Of a stretch of 64,000 nucleotides of DNA, positions 62,075-64,000 are shown in pieces. The notes under the pieces were generated by a model that was not told the DNA's origin, ran no database searches, and saw nothing but the letters and a program-made list of their open reading frames with translations. Position 1 is the stretch's first letter, and each line of letters begins with the position of its first letter. The position numbers were made by a program, and so were the translations under genes. The DNA comes from Microbotryum violaceum (taxonomy: Eukaryota), in assembly GCA_001244265.2 (NCBI GenBank), contig CDLV01000010.1, forward strand, positions 1,178,001 to 1,242,000. Direction: 5' to 3'.

Positions 62075-64000
62075 TTATTTCTTCAAGGTGCCGATGATGG
62101 TGTTTTTCGCGTACTTGGAGATGACTGAAGCCTCGTGGACCATCAAAAACTCCTCGGTCGCATCTGATATACGTCAATCAGACAGGGAGGGTCAATTGGT
62201 GGTTCTCTGAAGGGTAAGTGTAAGCAAGGAAGAGAAACCAACCTTTGCCCGCGTAGAGAAGAATGGCCTTGGGTCCTCCAGGATGATCAGCCAAGAAGTC
62301 GGTCGTATTGAGCACCTGCCCGTTAACGACAACCCAGCAGTCATCCTTGGTGGCGTGCTTGGCGACTTCCTCGAGCGTGTACTCCTGTTGAGCGGGCGCC
62401 TCTTCCTTGGCAGGGGCGGGAGCGGGCGTGGCGGCCTTGGCCTCACCAGCCGGGCCACCGGTGCGGGCACCGGCACCCGAGGAAGACGAAGACGAAGCAC
62501 CTTGGTCGTCCCATGAGAACTCGAGATGAACTTTCTTCGACGAAGGGTCGATACGCACAGTCGTAGCCATGCCGAGGTGCCCACCGACTTGATTGAGACG
62601 CGAGTTGGCCTTGCCGGAGGTCGAGATCGACTTGAGCAAGTACGAGGCAGCCGAAGCACCGGCGACACGGCCGAAGACGACGCAGCCGAGCAAAGAAGAT
62701 CCACCGAGTCGGTTCGCACCGTGGACACCACCGGCGATCTCGCCCGATGCGAAAAGGCCGGGAATCGGCTTGCCAGCCGTATCGAGAACTCGCGAGGCGG
62801 GGTCGATCTCGACACCTCCCATCGTATAGTGGAGAACGGGAGTCATCAAAGCGACGTGGAAGGGACCCGACGTAAGACTCCAGTCGGTGTTGTGGAAGAA
62901 CTTCTTGCCAAAGGGGTCCTTCTTGGGGTCCTTGGTGACGGCCACGTAGTCGGCAAAGACCTGGGCGAGCTTATCCTTGGGCAGACCCATCTCCTTGGCC
63001 ACCTCCTCTCCGGTCTCGAACCGCTTCATCAAACCGCGACCGCAGTAGTGCTTGCAGTGCCACTCGATCTCCTTGGACGCTTCACCGTTTAGGATCAATC
63101 GAACGGGGAACTTGTTGTTGTCCCACATGCGACCGGTGACATAGTCACGGTGGCCGAGCTCGTCAGCGAAGCGGTTGCCCTCGGCGTCGAGCAGCAGACC
63201 TCCGACACCTCGCAGTGCCTCGGCGGCCAAGAACTTGACCTTGGCGTCGGGCTCTTTGGGGTCAACCAAACCCGTGGGGTGGACCTGGACCTTCTCGAGA
63301 TCGATACCGTTACCGCCGATGTCGATGACCATCTTTTGGCCGTCGCCGGTGCAGTGGTCGCCGTTGGTGGTCGGGAGATGCATCAAGTCGGGGCGATACT
63401 TTTGCAAAAGACCGCTCTTGGAAAAATCAGCGGCGTAACCACCGGTCGCGAGGACAACGGGGCCGTAGGCCTTGTGGGTGCTACCTTGGTACTCGTACTC
63501 GACACCAACAACTTCGTCGCCCTCCTTGATGAGCTTGGTGACGGCGGCCTTCTTGAGAATCTTGACTCGCTCGGGGTCGGCTTGGGCCAAGTCCTCAAGC
63601 GCCTCCATTTGCGCGAACTGTTGCAGACTCACGCAGGCGCAAGCTAGACAGTCAGGATATTGTTTTGCAATGGACCGACACGAGTGCCACAACAGGCGAT
63701 GGCTCTATCCCGTCTAAGACACTCCGGCTATGGAGGAGCGAAGAAAACTCACGGTGATGGTCATACCAGGAAATTGAGCACGACCACGATGGGTCCGCGG
63801 GAACGACTGGCCACCGAGACGAGAAACCTTGGAGAGGTCGAGGCTGCAGAGACCAACGAGGAAAAGGCAAGGCGCGGCCGGAAAAAAATTAAAGTTGGAA
63901 GTCAGCACCGATGTTGAAGGGCCAAGCGCCTGATGCGCGCGCAGACGTCTCGAGCGCCCCAGGGGAGCGCCCCAGGGTAAGCACGAGGTAGCAATGCGCG
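62075..64000 (-). CDS. Soluble fumarate reductase (Osm1/Frd1-like) with C-terminal cytochrome b5 domain; 5' end outside the window
   Basis: SRLGGQSFPRTHRG, VVLATGGY, VQVHPTG, HYTMGG, GGVHGANRLGGSSL; b5 motifs HPGG and DATEEF.MVH. Confidence 0.9.

Noticed and set aside
1-64000. CRISPR arrays, rRNA, tRNA or prokaryotic defence systems
   Set aside because: Eukaryotic intron-containing sequence; no repeat-spacer array or rRNA/tRNA signature seen.

Overview
Eukaryotic, intron-rich, GC-rich fungal DNA. The gene set, short GT-AG introns with CTGAC branch sites and a FunK1 kinase point to a basidiomycete, probably Microbotryomycetes (inference). The backbone is a run of conserved genes: KAR9/GAR-domain protein, Nup60-like nucleoporin, APC amino-acid/choline permease, NDUFAF7, Cub1/UPF0662, dipeptidyl-peptidase V, KIN28/CDK7, TSC13, complex I 21-kDa subunit, Sir2, MPDU1, an ARID + Med15-like protein, an RWD-RBR E3 ligase and a fumarate reductase-cytochrome b5 fusion. 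Accessory material consists of an internally deleted Helitron with recognisable termini (959-~3539) and an ~11-kb island (~8350-19400). The island holds a near-identical second copy of NDUFAF7, a DIRS/Ngaro gag remnant and a nonsense-mutated FunK1 kinase, with diverged ~100-bp direct repeats near its ends. The best novelty candidates are the NDUFAF7 duplication and its island, an unassigned structured-RNA-like intergenic segment (27670-28220), the ARID-Med15 architecture, a stand-alone secreted I9-like protein and a BPI/TULIP-like protein. All family calls come from motif recognition by eye, and exon boundaries are manual estimates.
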